In this document: positions 38,401-50,182 of the stretch, one piece after another | How the letters are laid out: each line of letters starts with the position of its first letter | Numbering within the stretch: position 1 is the first letter of the stretch | Origin: Owenia fusiformis | Taxonomy: Eukaryota | Length of the DNA stretch: 64,000 bases | Reading direction: 5' to 3' | Assembly: GCA_903813345.2 (NCBI GenBank) | Contig: CAIIXF020000001.1 | Span: 11,780,001 to 11,844,000 of the forward strand | The notes under the pieces: generated by a model | Database searches by the model: none | What the model saw: only the letters and a program-made list of their open reading frames with translations | Told to the model about the DNA's origin: nothing | Position numbers and translations under genes: made by a program

Positions 38401-41400
38401 GAGAAAACATACAGTACATATTAGTCCAAAAAGGAGGAGAAAGGGAAGCTAAAGCGCTTCTCTTACTATTTCAAAAGAGTTGGAAAATTGCGTCGCTCCC
38501 CAGAGAGTACTGCATTGACCCCAAGGAAATGATTCCTAAACCCAACAAGCCATCCTATAATGTAACTCCCTCATACCGGCCCATTACCTTAGAATAAGTA
38601 TTAGGAAACTTACTAGAAAAGGTCCAGGCAAATAGATCCAGCTGGGTAGCGATGCAATTAGATATCATTTCACCTTTCCAAGAAGCATATCTCGAACAAC
38701 AGAACTGCTCACAGATACTGATGTAAGACACAGTTAGAGACCAAAAGTAAGCCGCGGATCGACTTACTAATCGTAATTCGATTTCAAAGGTCACTATTGA
38801 TGAGCTGTTCACTTCTCCGTTTGAGAGCCATAAGTTTCAAAATCTAACATGGCTCTCGAAGTGAGTAAGTCAAAGGCAGACTTCTGTGTTATATTACTGA
38901 ATACATTCTACACAGGAGCTATTCAATAAAATGTAACAAGTTCACAACACCCCTAAAGACCTCTACTGTTGGTATACCTCAGGGAGCTGTGATCAGCCCG
39001 CAGCTCTGTAACTCATATACGGCAGATGCTCTATGTGGTATCCAATGTCTACATGGAGAATATGCAGATGACATCATAATATGGACCTCAAATGAATCAT
39101 TGGAAGAGGCCATAAAAACTGTACAAAATGATATTATATCAATACAAGATTGGTGTTCTAAATGGAATATGAGTTTCACCAACAGTAAAAAAAAAACCCT
39201 GATATTTTCACCTTCAAAAAATGACAACAACTTACCAAAAGCTATAAAGGTTGAAACAGGTGAAATTGAGGTAGTAAAAACAACCAAGATGTTAGGCGTA
39301 ATGTTAGATGACAAACTAGAATTTAATGAACATATAGAGGATAGGACCAAAAAGGGATTTGCATCCCTAAAAAGAATATCAGATTTCACAAGCAATAATA
39401 AAGGATGCACTCAATCTGCTTTTGTATATCTCTATGAGACACTTGTACTACCCAATGTTGACTATGGCAGTATGGTTGCTCTTTTTTAGCCACAGTACAT
39501 AGAGCTGCAGTGGAAAAGTACCAACAGGTCCACAGACTTGCACTATTGAAAGCATTGGGCTGCTACAAAACAAGCACTGATGCATTGGATGTAATCATAA
39601 ACACCCAGCCTATTAGTGTGTGCCAAATTGCTTTCTAAGTGGCTTAGTTAGGCTAAACCTATGTTGTGGTAGCTTACTATGAATTGACCCATAGTCATTT
39701 TAGATTGATCTATTATCTATTCATCTTTACTTGTCTGCAGTCAAAATAGTGACACGAAAGGGCTAAACGGCTTGCACCAAGGTGCGACTGCCAAAAAGAT
39801 GAGTTTGAAAAATATACATTTTTTTAAATAATACTTGTAAGTATACAAAATAAGATGCAAATTTAATATTGATGTGTAATGATAGTCCATTCGGGTGTGG
39901 TAATTTTATGAAAAACAATTATGGTAAAAAATTGGATATTTATGACCTTAAAATGCGTTTTCAATTAAAAAGTTACTGTTGTCAAGGATATTATTCCTAT
40001 TTTATATAGTCAGTGTTTTTTAAATATACCAATAACCATTTCATTAGTTTTTGACAAAGTAAATAATTATAGGGCTCACACAAGGATCAACTTTGTTCAT
40101 AGCATTTTCATATTAAGTGATGTTTTGAAAAAATACGAAGGTAAACTCAATTTTATTTTTTATTTGTTGAAGAAAAAACAATTATATGTTTGTTTTCTTG
40201 TTTCGACTGAAAAATCTCAATTCATCGCCCTTGCTTCGCAAGCAGGAGAGTCTACACCAGTACGAAAAAGTCTTCAAAAAGTTGATCCTTGTGTGAGCCC
40301 TACAATTATTTACTTTGTCAAAAACTTATATAATGGTTATTCGGATATATAAAAATCATTTAATAGGTAAAACAGGAATAGTATCATTGACTTTTGATTT
40401 TGAATAAAAAAGTATTACGAGCATATAGTGCATCACTTAGTTTATAGCTTGCAGACAGTGATCTAAGAGACATCATCTTGTAGTAATTGGTGTGACAGTG
40501 ATGAGACGGGAATTGATTTTATTAATGTAAGTTTTGACAATCCTAGTATTGATGGTTTATCTTACGGACGTCATATTAAAAGATACCAATTTGCATTACA
40601 TCAACATCAAAGAAGTTTGATTTGTTCACAGATACGTGTCAGAGTGATACCTGTAGCAGTTGCACTAGATTGATATACAACAAGATATGTGTGAGCATTC
40701 ATTGCAACATTTACTTAAGAGTTATAATTTTACTAAATCTGATGGAAGATTAGATAGTTTAAGTCTATCTCTTTTGGTTTATTCAATTTGAATATTACTT
40801 TTGCAATAAAGATACTTTACTTTTGAAACATTAGCAGCAATTTCATTTCAAAAAGATCAGTTTTCAACTTCGTATATGTTTTGTTCATAAAATGTGTATT
40901 CAACATAGGTCAAAAGTCAGGGTAATTTCAAGTTTAAAATATCAATATCTAGGATAGTTGGCATTTTAAGACATTTTGCCGATGGTGTGACCCTTCACAG
41001 CCGATGATTATGTGACCTGAGGTAAAGATCAACTGAATGGGTGTAGGTAATTTCACGGTCAATATCTAGCAATTTGGTGTTTTAAGGCAATTGAGAACAA
41101 TTCTGACCCTTGACAACCGATTATTAGGTGACCTGTTGTCAGGGTCAAGGTCTATAGGTCAAGATCATTTCAAGGTCATCAATATCTAAATATTTGGCGT
41201 TTTTGGGCTGAGGTTACCCTTTGTGAATCATGAATGTGTGACCTGAGGTCAAGGTTATTTCAAGATCAAATATCAGTATCTAAGTATTTGGTGTATTTAA
41301 GGCCCTGGTATCTGCTGTGGCCCCTAGCGACTCATGATAGGGTGACTTCCAAGGTCAATATCTAGCAATTTGGAGTTTAAAGGCAATTGAGAACAATTGT

Positions 41401-44400
41401 GACCTTTGGCGACCAATGATTAGGTGACCTGGTGTCAAGGTCATGTCAAGGTCAATATCTAGGTAGTTGGCAAATGTGGGGCTACAGTCCTATTTAATGA
41501 CCAATGATAAAGTCACCAGAGATCTATAAGTCAATGTTTATGGATCAAGATCATTTCAAGGTCATAGCTCAATATCTAATTAGTATTTGGCGTTTTGGGG
41601 CTGAACGTGTTTTTGTGAAAACAATATGATTTTTCTTATGTAAATTCCCTGTGATAAAAATGATATCATCCAACTTCTTCACTTCAAAAGAAAAAACATC
41701 ATGAATCCCCCTCAACCTTTATTTTTCAACTTATTTTTTATTATGATTTCATTCTGGTTTGATTCCTTGACAACTTAATGATACACTACATGATTTTATT
41801 ACTATATGTACGGGTATAAGCATCAAATGTGGTGCCACCTGTTATTAATAACATTCGTAAACATAATGCTTGAATGTATCAATAAATTGAAATTGAAAAT
41901 ATAAATATTTGAAAATATATCTGAAATATTATTGATAAGATCCCCACCTTGTCACTTTTTGAAAAATATTAGGCTTATTTTCTAAAGTATTTTTTCTTAA
42001 TTCGAATATATCAAAAGTTCTTCTACGCGAATGAATTAAAAATTCTGAAAGGGGGATGGGTATTGAAATGCGATAAAGTTAAAAACCACAAATTCCATGT
42101 TATTTTCCATTGGAAAAACTCAAACTATCCATTGTTTTCAACATAATTTTGATCATTGAAAATTGATATCTCCAAAACTAGACTTTCATTACAATTCTAC
42201 TAATAAAAAAGTTTTAGATGTTGAATAATATTTTCATGCACTTAAATAAAAAAGAAGAACCTCTGTTGAGTAAATAATTTCAAAAAAATGTTGAGATGGG
42301 TTCCCCATTCATAGTTTTTTAGATTGTTTGAATGATATTTTTATAATCATTGAGAATTGAATTTTCTTGAAAGATAACATATTGTGTTTTTGAGAAATGT
42401 CATATTTATATTGAGAAAGTAGTCATGGTAAAATATATGATGATCAGATATCACTTGCCATACTATACCTGGTCCTTTGCCAATTTGAAGTGAATTGTAA
42501 AATCATATCAGAAGAGAGGACATCCAAATATGAGGTCATTTTATGTCTGCAATCAGTAATCAACAGCCACGAGAGTTACTTTCTCTAGTAATTCCGAATT
42601 GGATCAGTATTGTATTGTATTGTATTGTATAATATGACCATTTAATTCACACTAGTTTCTTCATATGCCTGGACTTAAAATTTTGAATCTGTTTGGGTGA
42701 AATAACCAAATGTGACCAATAATATGAGTATATTTGAGTATTGTCTCTTCACTTTCCAGTCAAAAATGTAAGATTTAAAAATATTTTTACAAATAATTGC
42801 AGTAAAACATGCAAAATATAATGCACATTGGTTATTGAAATGTAAAGATAGTCCATGAGGGTATGGTTATATTATTAAAAACAATTATGGTAAAAATTGG
42901 GTATTTCTAACCATATAATGCTTTTTATTCCAAGTTCAATGACATTCTTCCAATTTTACCTTTGAAATGATTTTCATACCGACGAATAACCATTATATCA
43001 GTTTCTGGTAAAGTAAATAAGTGTAGGGCTTACACAAGGATCAACGTTTTTTAAGACTGTTTATGTACTTGTATATCCCCTGCCGTTCTAAGAGGAAGAG
43101 CAATGAATTGCGATTTTTTAGTCAAAACAATGAAATAAACACACTCTGTTTATTTTGTTAAACATTTAACAAATAAAATTGTGTTTAACCTTATATTTTT
43201 TCAAAACATCACTAAATATGAAAATATTGCAAATAAAGTTGATCCTTGTGTGAGCCCTATATTTATTTACTTTGCCAAAAATGAATATAATGGTAATTAA
43301 AATATTTTGAAAACATTGAATAGGTGAAATAGGAATATTATCATTAACAACCATGACTTTTGAATTAAGATGGTATTTTTAGGTCAAAAATATATAATTC
43401 TTCACAATTATTGTTTTTTATAAAAATGGCCACACGCAAATGGACTATCATACTGATCAATATCAAATTTGCCTCCTATATTGTATAACTATTTCTATTA
43501 TTTGAAAAAAATAATTTTTTATCAAACTCATCTTTTTGATGGTTGCACCTTGGTGCAAACCGTTTAGCCCTTTCGTGTCACCTTTTTGAGTGCAGACAAG
43601 TAAAAATGAATAGTTGATGGACCAATCTATAATGATAATGGGTCACTTCATAGTAAGCTACCACAACATAGGTTTTTGTGATTTTCTGGAGTTTTGACAC
43701 ACACTATATGGACATTCACATAAGACAGAGGCAGAGTCAAGAGTATACCAGGTTATTAGGTAAACATAAAAATGACCCTCTAATGAAAACACACACAAAA
43801 TGGTCAAATAGTAAAGTTACTGAACGAAAACCAACTTTATTCAGTATACTTAAGTCAAGACTCAGAGAATTTAACAGTCACTCAAGAATGTTATTTTTGA
43901 AAAAGAGTTCCAACTGAGCTCACTGTTCCCACCCTACGTTGTAAATTCTCAAGAAAGATGCTCTAATTCTGGAATATCAAAGAAAGAGCATCACAAATAA
44001 AATACAAATTCTTGGCACAAATGATATAATTGTATTCACTGATGGTTCTACCCTTAAAAACCCTGGTCCTACGGGAGGAGCCAGCACGATTGTATTTTTA
44101 GCAGGTAGTAAATCTGAGCCAATATGTCTAAAGAGAGCGGTTAGCAATAAGAGTAACAACTTCTGTGGTGAAATTCAGGCTTTACACCTGGCACTTGAAT
44201 TCCTTAATTCCACTTCTACTAGTCACTTTAAAATACATATCTTTGGCGATTGCCAACCAGCACTGTTTAGCACCTTCACCAGCACCAAACCCAGAACTGA
44301 ATCTCAATGTATTCAAAATAGCAGGCTCCTGGCCTTTAATTTAAGTGAAAATAACAATTCTCTGACATATTACTGGGTCCCTAGTCACCTTGGTATTTTT

Positions 44401-47400
44401 GCAGATACATATGCCAAGAAAGTTGCAGCGTCCCTGCCAGACACCACTACAACTCAAAGTAAGGAAGAATCCTACAGGGGTATCAGAATAACTGCATTAG
44501 TTAAATGGCAGAAAGCATATGAGAGCTCTTCCAAGGTAAAACACACCCAAGGAAGTTATTGACACTGTAGGTACTAACAACAACTGACTTGAAAACAGAA
44601 GAGCTGAATTCTGTAAAATTAACCAGATTATAGCAGGTCATACCAATCTGAACAGCCACATTGCTAAAATAAGACCTGATGTTAGCAATCTATGCCCTAC
44701 ATGTAACAAAGTAGAGACAGTGAATCACTATTTGTATGAACTGAGAGAGAAAAGATGTTCTTCTCCATTGAAAAAGTTACAAGAACACAAATGTGTACAA
44801 AATGTCCCCACCTATGGGTGATCCTGTCAAATGGTTATCCTAAAAATGAGTAGACAAGACTTTACCGACACAATTTGAGGACGGAAAATCCAAAATGGCC
44901 ACCTTAAAATTTACCCTGAATGCCCAAAAATTAGTCAGTTCTAGATTTTCATACTAAGAACCACCCCTGAAAATTTCAAATTGATCCGTCACACAGTTAA
45001 CCAGAAAACATGTAAACAAAACTTTATAGACAAGATTTGAGGACGGAAAATCCAAAATGGCTGCCTTGACATTTATCCAGAATGCATAAAAACTAATCAG
45101 ATCTAGATTTTCATACTAAGAATCATCCCTGAAAATTTGAAATTGATCTACCAAACGGTTCACCTAAAAACGCGTAGACAAGACTTAACGGGCGAGATTT
45201 TTGGACAGAAAAGCCAAAATTGCTGGCTTGACATTTATCCAGAATGCCAAAAAACTAATCAGATCTAGATTTTCATACTGAGAATCATACCTGAAAATTT
45301 CAAACTGATCTACCAAACGGTTCACCTGGAAATACGTAGACAAGACTTTACAGACAAGATTTTAGGACGGAAAATCCAAAATGGCTGCCTTGACATTTAC
45401 CCAGAATGCCCAAAATCTAATCAGATCTAGATTTTCATACTAAGAATCATCCCTGAAAATTTGAAATTGATCTACCAAATGGTTCACCTGAAAACGCGTA
45501 GACAAGACTTTACAGACAAGACTTTAGGACAGAAAAATCCAAAATGGCCGAAAATAAAAAATTGATTTCTTTTTACAAAATTATCACATATAACTACTGT
45601 TAACAATAACATAGGCTTTTACAACAAAGTACACCTGAAATTATTTATAAAGCTACTAAATAGTTAAAGTATGAAAACTGAAAATCACCATTCAATATGA
45701 TACAAAGTATTACCGTGCGCTAACTTTTCTTAAAACATTCAAAATGGCTGACATGACTGAGCTAACAGGTCCAAAACCTAATCAGATCTAGGATGAAGTG
45801 AGCTGAACAAGATGTTAAAGTTTTAAAAGCAACTGTGAAGCCGTCGTTTTTCTTAAAGTTTGCAGACAAGGATTTTAGCATTTGACTTCAAAATGGCCGA
45901 CAGGAAGTAGGTATCGAGATAATTTTTTTTCATCCACATCTGTATGCACTCATAAGTTATCCCTGAAAATTTGAAGGTGATATCTGTAGCGGCTTTGGAG
46001 AAAACTGCCGGACGTACGGACGGACAGATAGACAGACGCGCCTACGCCGACAATATGGCCCCACACTATGTGGTGGGGACATAATAAAACTATTGACTGG
46101 AATGAATAAAATCTCTTACTAAGAGAACAGAATACAAACATTAGATCATATCTTATGGAGTATATAAAGAAAACAAACAGACTGTAATAAAAAAAAAGAA
46201 AGATAGAGACTGTATGTAAAATAAACAATCTGAAACAAGGAAACAACTATTAAAGAGAGAGTGCTAAAGTAAATTATAAAGTGAAACTTATAAACTATAA
46301 AGCTACGCAACAAGTGAAAAGTACAGAGTGAGAGCACCGAGAGACTAACAAAGTACACAGTGACCAACTGCTGAGGAAAATGCAGCATTAAATGCACTAC
46401 AACAACAACAATTTTTTGAAATAAGTCAGTCCCTTAAGGATTAAAAGATAAACTAAATCAACCTACCCAGTCCAAACGATAAAATCTGCATCAGATTTGA
46501 ACTGCTTCATAGCATGTACAGCTGAATCTACCAGAATACTTGGCGAATCACAACCATAAGTACCAAACATGCCTGGTCTCTCAGGCTCATTTTCATTAGT
46601 ATTTCCATGGCTCCTAGATTTACTTTTTGGATCGCTGCTAGCTTTTCTGATTGTATAGCTGCTAGTTTTGTGACAGAGGTTGCCTACTTGGCCATCTTCA
46701 CTGTAGAAAGGGTCCAAATGTATATCAGTTATTTGCCAAAACGTCCCTGGAATGAGAAATTAATTAACATTGAATTCATTTTATTAATCATGATTTCATA
46801 AATCTCAATGCAAATAAAGTTATGACTAAAAATCATCTTCAGGCCTGTCAACTGTCCCGGAAGTTGGTCACATATCTGCTGAAGAAAGTGAAGTCACACC
46901 AGTTTTTCGTGTGACAAAATATGTCACACAAATATGCATATCTCTGATTATTGTCAAGCAAAAATATCTCCGAAGAAAACGAAGAACATCAAAAAACGAA
47001 GACCGAAACAATTTGTTCGTAATTTTCACATGAATTGCATTTATGTCACATATTACATCTGATTTTTTCGTCCCTACCACTTATATAAAGAATGAGATGT
47101 CATTTACCCTCCACAACTTGTAAACATTAATGAATGTCAGCATATAGACTTTGCTATGTCAACCATTGAGCATAAGCACAATATCCAAGAGATATTAAAT
47201 TACGTAACATACACTGCTTCTATGTAGATATGAACTTCTTTTCTATTGGTCTATGTATCACACCGGAATAGCCTGAAAACGGTTAAGTCAGATACCGTTG
47301 TCACAAATGACGAACATAACTGTCGCTTCAACTCTTCAATCACTTTGTCCTCGTTTCATGGGACTTTATAGTCGCTTATTTTATTATTATTATATTGTTA

Positions 47401-47736
47401 TTACACTGTCTCCTGACTCCGGATAGTCCGATATGGTAAGAAAAACAATACTTTAGAATGTTATGCATCGATTGAAGTAAGGGTAAATGTTTCCAAGATT
47501 TCTTACATTACATTTTTACAAAAGACCTTTATAAAGGACTTGGAATATCAAGATTTGCATAGCCATCTATCTAAAGATGGCTATGTGCAAATATAGTAAC
47601 ATGTCCCTGATAATTATAAAAGGAAGCCATTGAAATATTTTCTAGCCTGAAAAATTAAAAATCATTCACCTGTGGATTCTTGTCCTTTGACGATCAAAAC
47701 TGTCCATAAAATAACAAAATTCACTTTGATGTACAT
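28602..47736 (-). CDS. SMPDL3: Acid sphingomyelinase-like phosphodiesterase (SMPDL3A/3B family), 583 aa. Exons 47736-47670, 46746-46467, 36380-36133, 31319-31156, 30665-30485, 29413-28602
   Basis: Signal peptide MYIKVNFVILWTVLIVKG; metallophosphoesterase motifs FWQITDIHLD, IVWTGD, LGNHD, GHVPPG, FGHIHLD; C-terminal NNPSVRLY. All introns are GT-AG and in phase; CDS totals 1752 nt. Confidence 0.95.
29450..30280. repeat. Tandem repeat, 4 copies of about 209 bp, nearly identical
   Basis: tgacagaaatatggtggcattgac recurs at 29450, 29658, 29868 and 30077. Confidence 0.97.
30485..30665 (-). CDS. SMPDL3: SMPDL3 exon 5
   Basis: VMIIGHVPPG...QVFGHIHLDSFRLY. Confidence 0.95.
31156..31319 (-). CDS. SMPDL3: SMPDL3 exon 4
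   Basis: GYYSRLINPALRLVGLNTALYY...DPVGQFKWLAETLEKAKSSGEK; not present in the ORF track. Confidence 0.95.
32320..34085. mobile_element. Kolobok-like non-autonomous DNA transposon (TTAA target duplication)
   Basis: TTAA|agtccccgtctaaagtttaaa ... tttaaactttatatggggact|TTAA. Confidence 0.75.
32715..33749. mobile_element. Foldback element with arms of about 420 bp, CAC...GTG termini and a 5-bp TSD, nested in the Kolobok-like element
   Basis: attat|cacgcccggtgatcgtgaatatgggacgg ... ccgtcccatattcacgatcaccgggcgtg|attat. Confidence 0.88.
34790..35450 (-). mobile_element. HINE/pearl-like element with about 3.5 tandem cores of 123-142 bp
   Basis: gccatgcttatagtattcacataccaaat recurs at about 34998, 35140 and 35263; adjacent ggat/gact microsatellite at about 34795-34815. 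Confidence 0.6.
36133..36380 (-). CDS. SMPDL3: SMPDL3 exon 3
   Basis: DNIGHV...IFPVLGNHD...FKSG. Confidence 0.95.
36859..37380. mobile_element. Tc1/mariner-like MITE, right end lost
   Basis: TA|CCGTGTGACACAAAAAATGACACC start; internal inverted arms at about 36985-37110 and 37200-37340. Confidence 0.55.
39614..43706. mobile_element. Academ-like non-autonomous DNA transposon (4.1 kb, long TIRs) inserted in the LINE
   Basis: tat|TAGTGTGTGCCAAA ... TTTGACACACACTA|tat (3-bp TSD); inverted arms of about 700 bp; removing it restores the LINE frame NTQPMDIHIRQRQ. Confidence 0.85.
40905..41605. repeat. Degenerate tandem array rich in AGGTCA/TGACCT
   Basis: Recurrent caaggtcaatatctag...ttggcgtttt...gtgacct units inside the Academ-like element. 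Confidence 0.7.
44778..46089 (+). mobile_element. Helentron-associated (HINE/pearl-like) element carrying a 162-bp satellite-like array
   Basis: 5' aaatgtccccac subterminal motif; ggac(g/a)gaaaa unit at 44879, 45041, 45203, 45365, 45527; acgg/acag microsatellite at about 46010-46037; 3' hairpin ccccacactatgtggtgggg. Confidence 0.85.
46467..46746 (-). CDS. SMPDL3: SMPDL3 exon 2
   Basis: GTFWQITDIHLDPFY...GTYGCDSP...DFIVWTG. Confidence 0.95.
47670..47736 (-). CDS. SMPDL3: SMPDL3 exon 1 (signal peptide)
   Basis: MYIKVNFVILWTVLIVKGQEST-G; donor G|GTGAAT, phase 1 matches exon 2. Confidence 0.8.
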
Positions 47737-49581
47737 CGTTGGTTCATTTCATGCCTTATTTAAGCTCCAAAACATAACCTATTAGGCAAAAAAGACTAGT
47801 TTAACTGTGATTCCGAATTTTTGTTGATTTTAACAACGACTGATTTTTGGTAATGGGTTTTATAATGGTGTCGTAATCTACACCAGGGGAACGAACGATG
47901 TCTATTGTACAATAGACGACCAGTGCAGTGGGAATGATCCACGGTCCATTTTCAGTTAGAAATTCGTATATTTGTTCAGATATAACGGCTTAGCCTTCGA
48001 AACTGAACCACAAAGTAAGTGGGGTCGTAACCGGGGGTCGTAGCACCGGGGTCGTAGCATACGATACGGCCAGGACTACGCCGCACTTCGGCGAATGAGT
48101 TTGCGTTTTATGTGCCATCATCATGATAAATTAGGGTCCAGGCTCCACAAAATTATGTTGGGAGTCATTAATGCGGGCATTAATGTAACTGTTAAAAAAG
48201 TTTAACTTCTGTTGACAATTTGTAAATAGCTAAGTAAAATACGTTACACTTTTACAATACACATTCGAAGCGTTTATTTACGCATTACCATCGTTCCCTG
48301 CTGTTCCTCTCAATCGTTTACTCAATTTACCAATGTCTGTACTCTGTAGTAATTTAAAACGTAAAAATAGATGGAGTTTATAAAACCAACACGATCGTTA
48401 ATAAGTGGACTTTGTTAATGTTGCATTGGTTCTGGAAAGAAGAAAAAGATAAGCGTCGAAAAGAAAAACGTGAAAACCTCATGGGTCAGCTGGAGAATAA
48501 GAATATTTTTTGTTAAAACTTGATTAAATGACACCTGAGACTAACATAGAATTTTATGATGGTCTCAGATGACACCAATACAGGAGTTTAGCCTTGCTAA
48601 ATAGTTGAAAATACTCTATAAACAGCCAATAGATGTCTAGCCCATTTTCAGGAAAAGAATCTTAGGCCTAAAGCAGTTCCCCATTGAACCAACATGTAAA
48701 ACATCACATTAATACTATGATTTTAACATCATAATGCTACCATTTCTGTTTCCTCATTCATTCAGAAAATCAATAGATCTTTAGCTAAGATCTTATATTT
48801 CATTGGTATGAAGTTTTTTGGTCTTTTAAAACAACATAAATAATGGAAAATAAAGATGAATATTGGCTATTTTGTTTAAATTATTTGGCTTGATGTTGGT
48901 CAGCTTAAATCACCAAAATGACCTGGGGTCAATAAGTTTATATAGCCACCAGTAAGATGCTGCTTGTTTTAAGTGCAGCTTGAATTACAATGTTTACTAT
49001 TGTCCACATACTGATACAGGATAAAAGGTAAGTTAGCTAGATAGTTAGAGATCATTCAGATATTTGATGCAGGATTTGAGAGTTAACATTCAGACATAGT
49101 TTTATAACTAGTTCAAAATTTGCAGACTCAGAAACTGATCCAATGTGCCAACTTACACTAAATATCAAACATCATTGAAAATGTTTCTAAAGTTTTTTCT
49201 CCAGACATTTTTATTAACGAATACTACAAAATGTAATTATAGATGTTAGATATTTTGTACTTTCAGAAGAAATACTAAGAAGAAAGTAGATTAACTAATT
49301 CACATGTAATGTATGGCCCTGTAGTGACCCTTGACCAATTAGTCATTTTCCAGTTATATAACAGTTGGAAAAGATATATCTTTGATGTCTTTAAATAGAT
49401 AACAATCTTGTCATGACCTATGGCCCAAGAATTTTTTTAAATAAAAATAATTTTTTCAAAGAATCAAAGAAAAGGGTGAAAAATCTAGAGAATCCCCATA
49501 CATTCTATGTTATCATTTCCTGAATTCTTATCATATGACTGCCATCTATAAATGGAATTAGCTTATGCTAAAAGGGCTTAT

Positions 49582-50182
49582 TGTTACGCGGTATATGGCC
49601 GGGTATATGGCATACATTCATGGTTGCGCGGTATTTGTGATACGGGTGAATATGCCATACTCACCTGCGGTATATGGCATATTCTGCAGGTGAGTATGCG
49701 ATATTCCGCGGTGAATATGCGATACATTGATTTCAGTGAATACCCGATACTCACCTGCGGAATATGTCATACTCACTTGCAGGTGAAAACGTTATACAGA
49801 AAGCCTTGATTTGATTGGTTGCGAGAATCGACTCTAAATGTAAAACTACGCTAGATTACCAATATATTTAGTGCGTCGAGTACTAATATATGAATCCTGG
49901 ATTGATTGGATAAGTTTATTACGCGAGATTGGTGACTGATACATCTGCCAAGTTAATATATTCGATACACAGTACTGTTGATTAAGTAATCATTATAATA
50001 ATTTATAACGTTTTACTTGTTCGTTCAATCGATGCAATTTACATTTTGTACTTCCGTATCACGTTCTCATTGGTTAGTGTGTATGTGATATACTGCAGAT
50101 GAATCTGTCATACACCGCAAGTGAATATGCCATATTCGTTGCGGAATATGACATATTTTTGTATCGTGTTTACCGCGTAACA
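49582..50182. mobile_element. Palindromic non-autonomous element with short internal repeats
   Basis: tgttacgcggt ... accgcgtaaca ends; repeated atactcacctgcgg units. Confidence 0.6.

Larger units (their letters stand above)
37650..46411 (+). mobile_element. Degenerate, 5'-truncated non-LTR retrotransposon (RT + RNase H + zinc knuckle; I-group-like) in SMPDL3 intron 2, split by two insertions
   Basis: SYRPITL (about 38572), GIPQGAVISP and EYADD (38971-39075), RNase H IVFTDGS..NPGP / GEIQAL / IFGDCQ / WVPSH (44026-44420), CPTC...H (about 44690-44730), 3' (CAA)n tail at 46400-46411; multiple stops and frameshifts. The 5' boundary is approximate. Confidence 0.92.
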
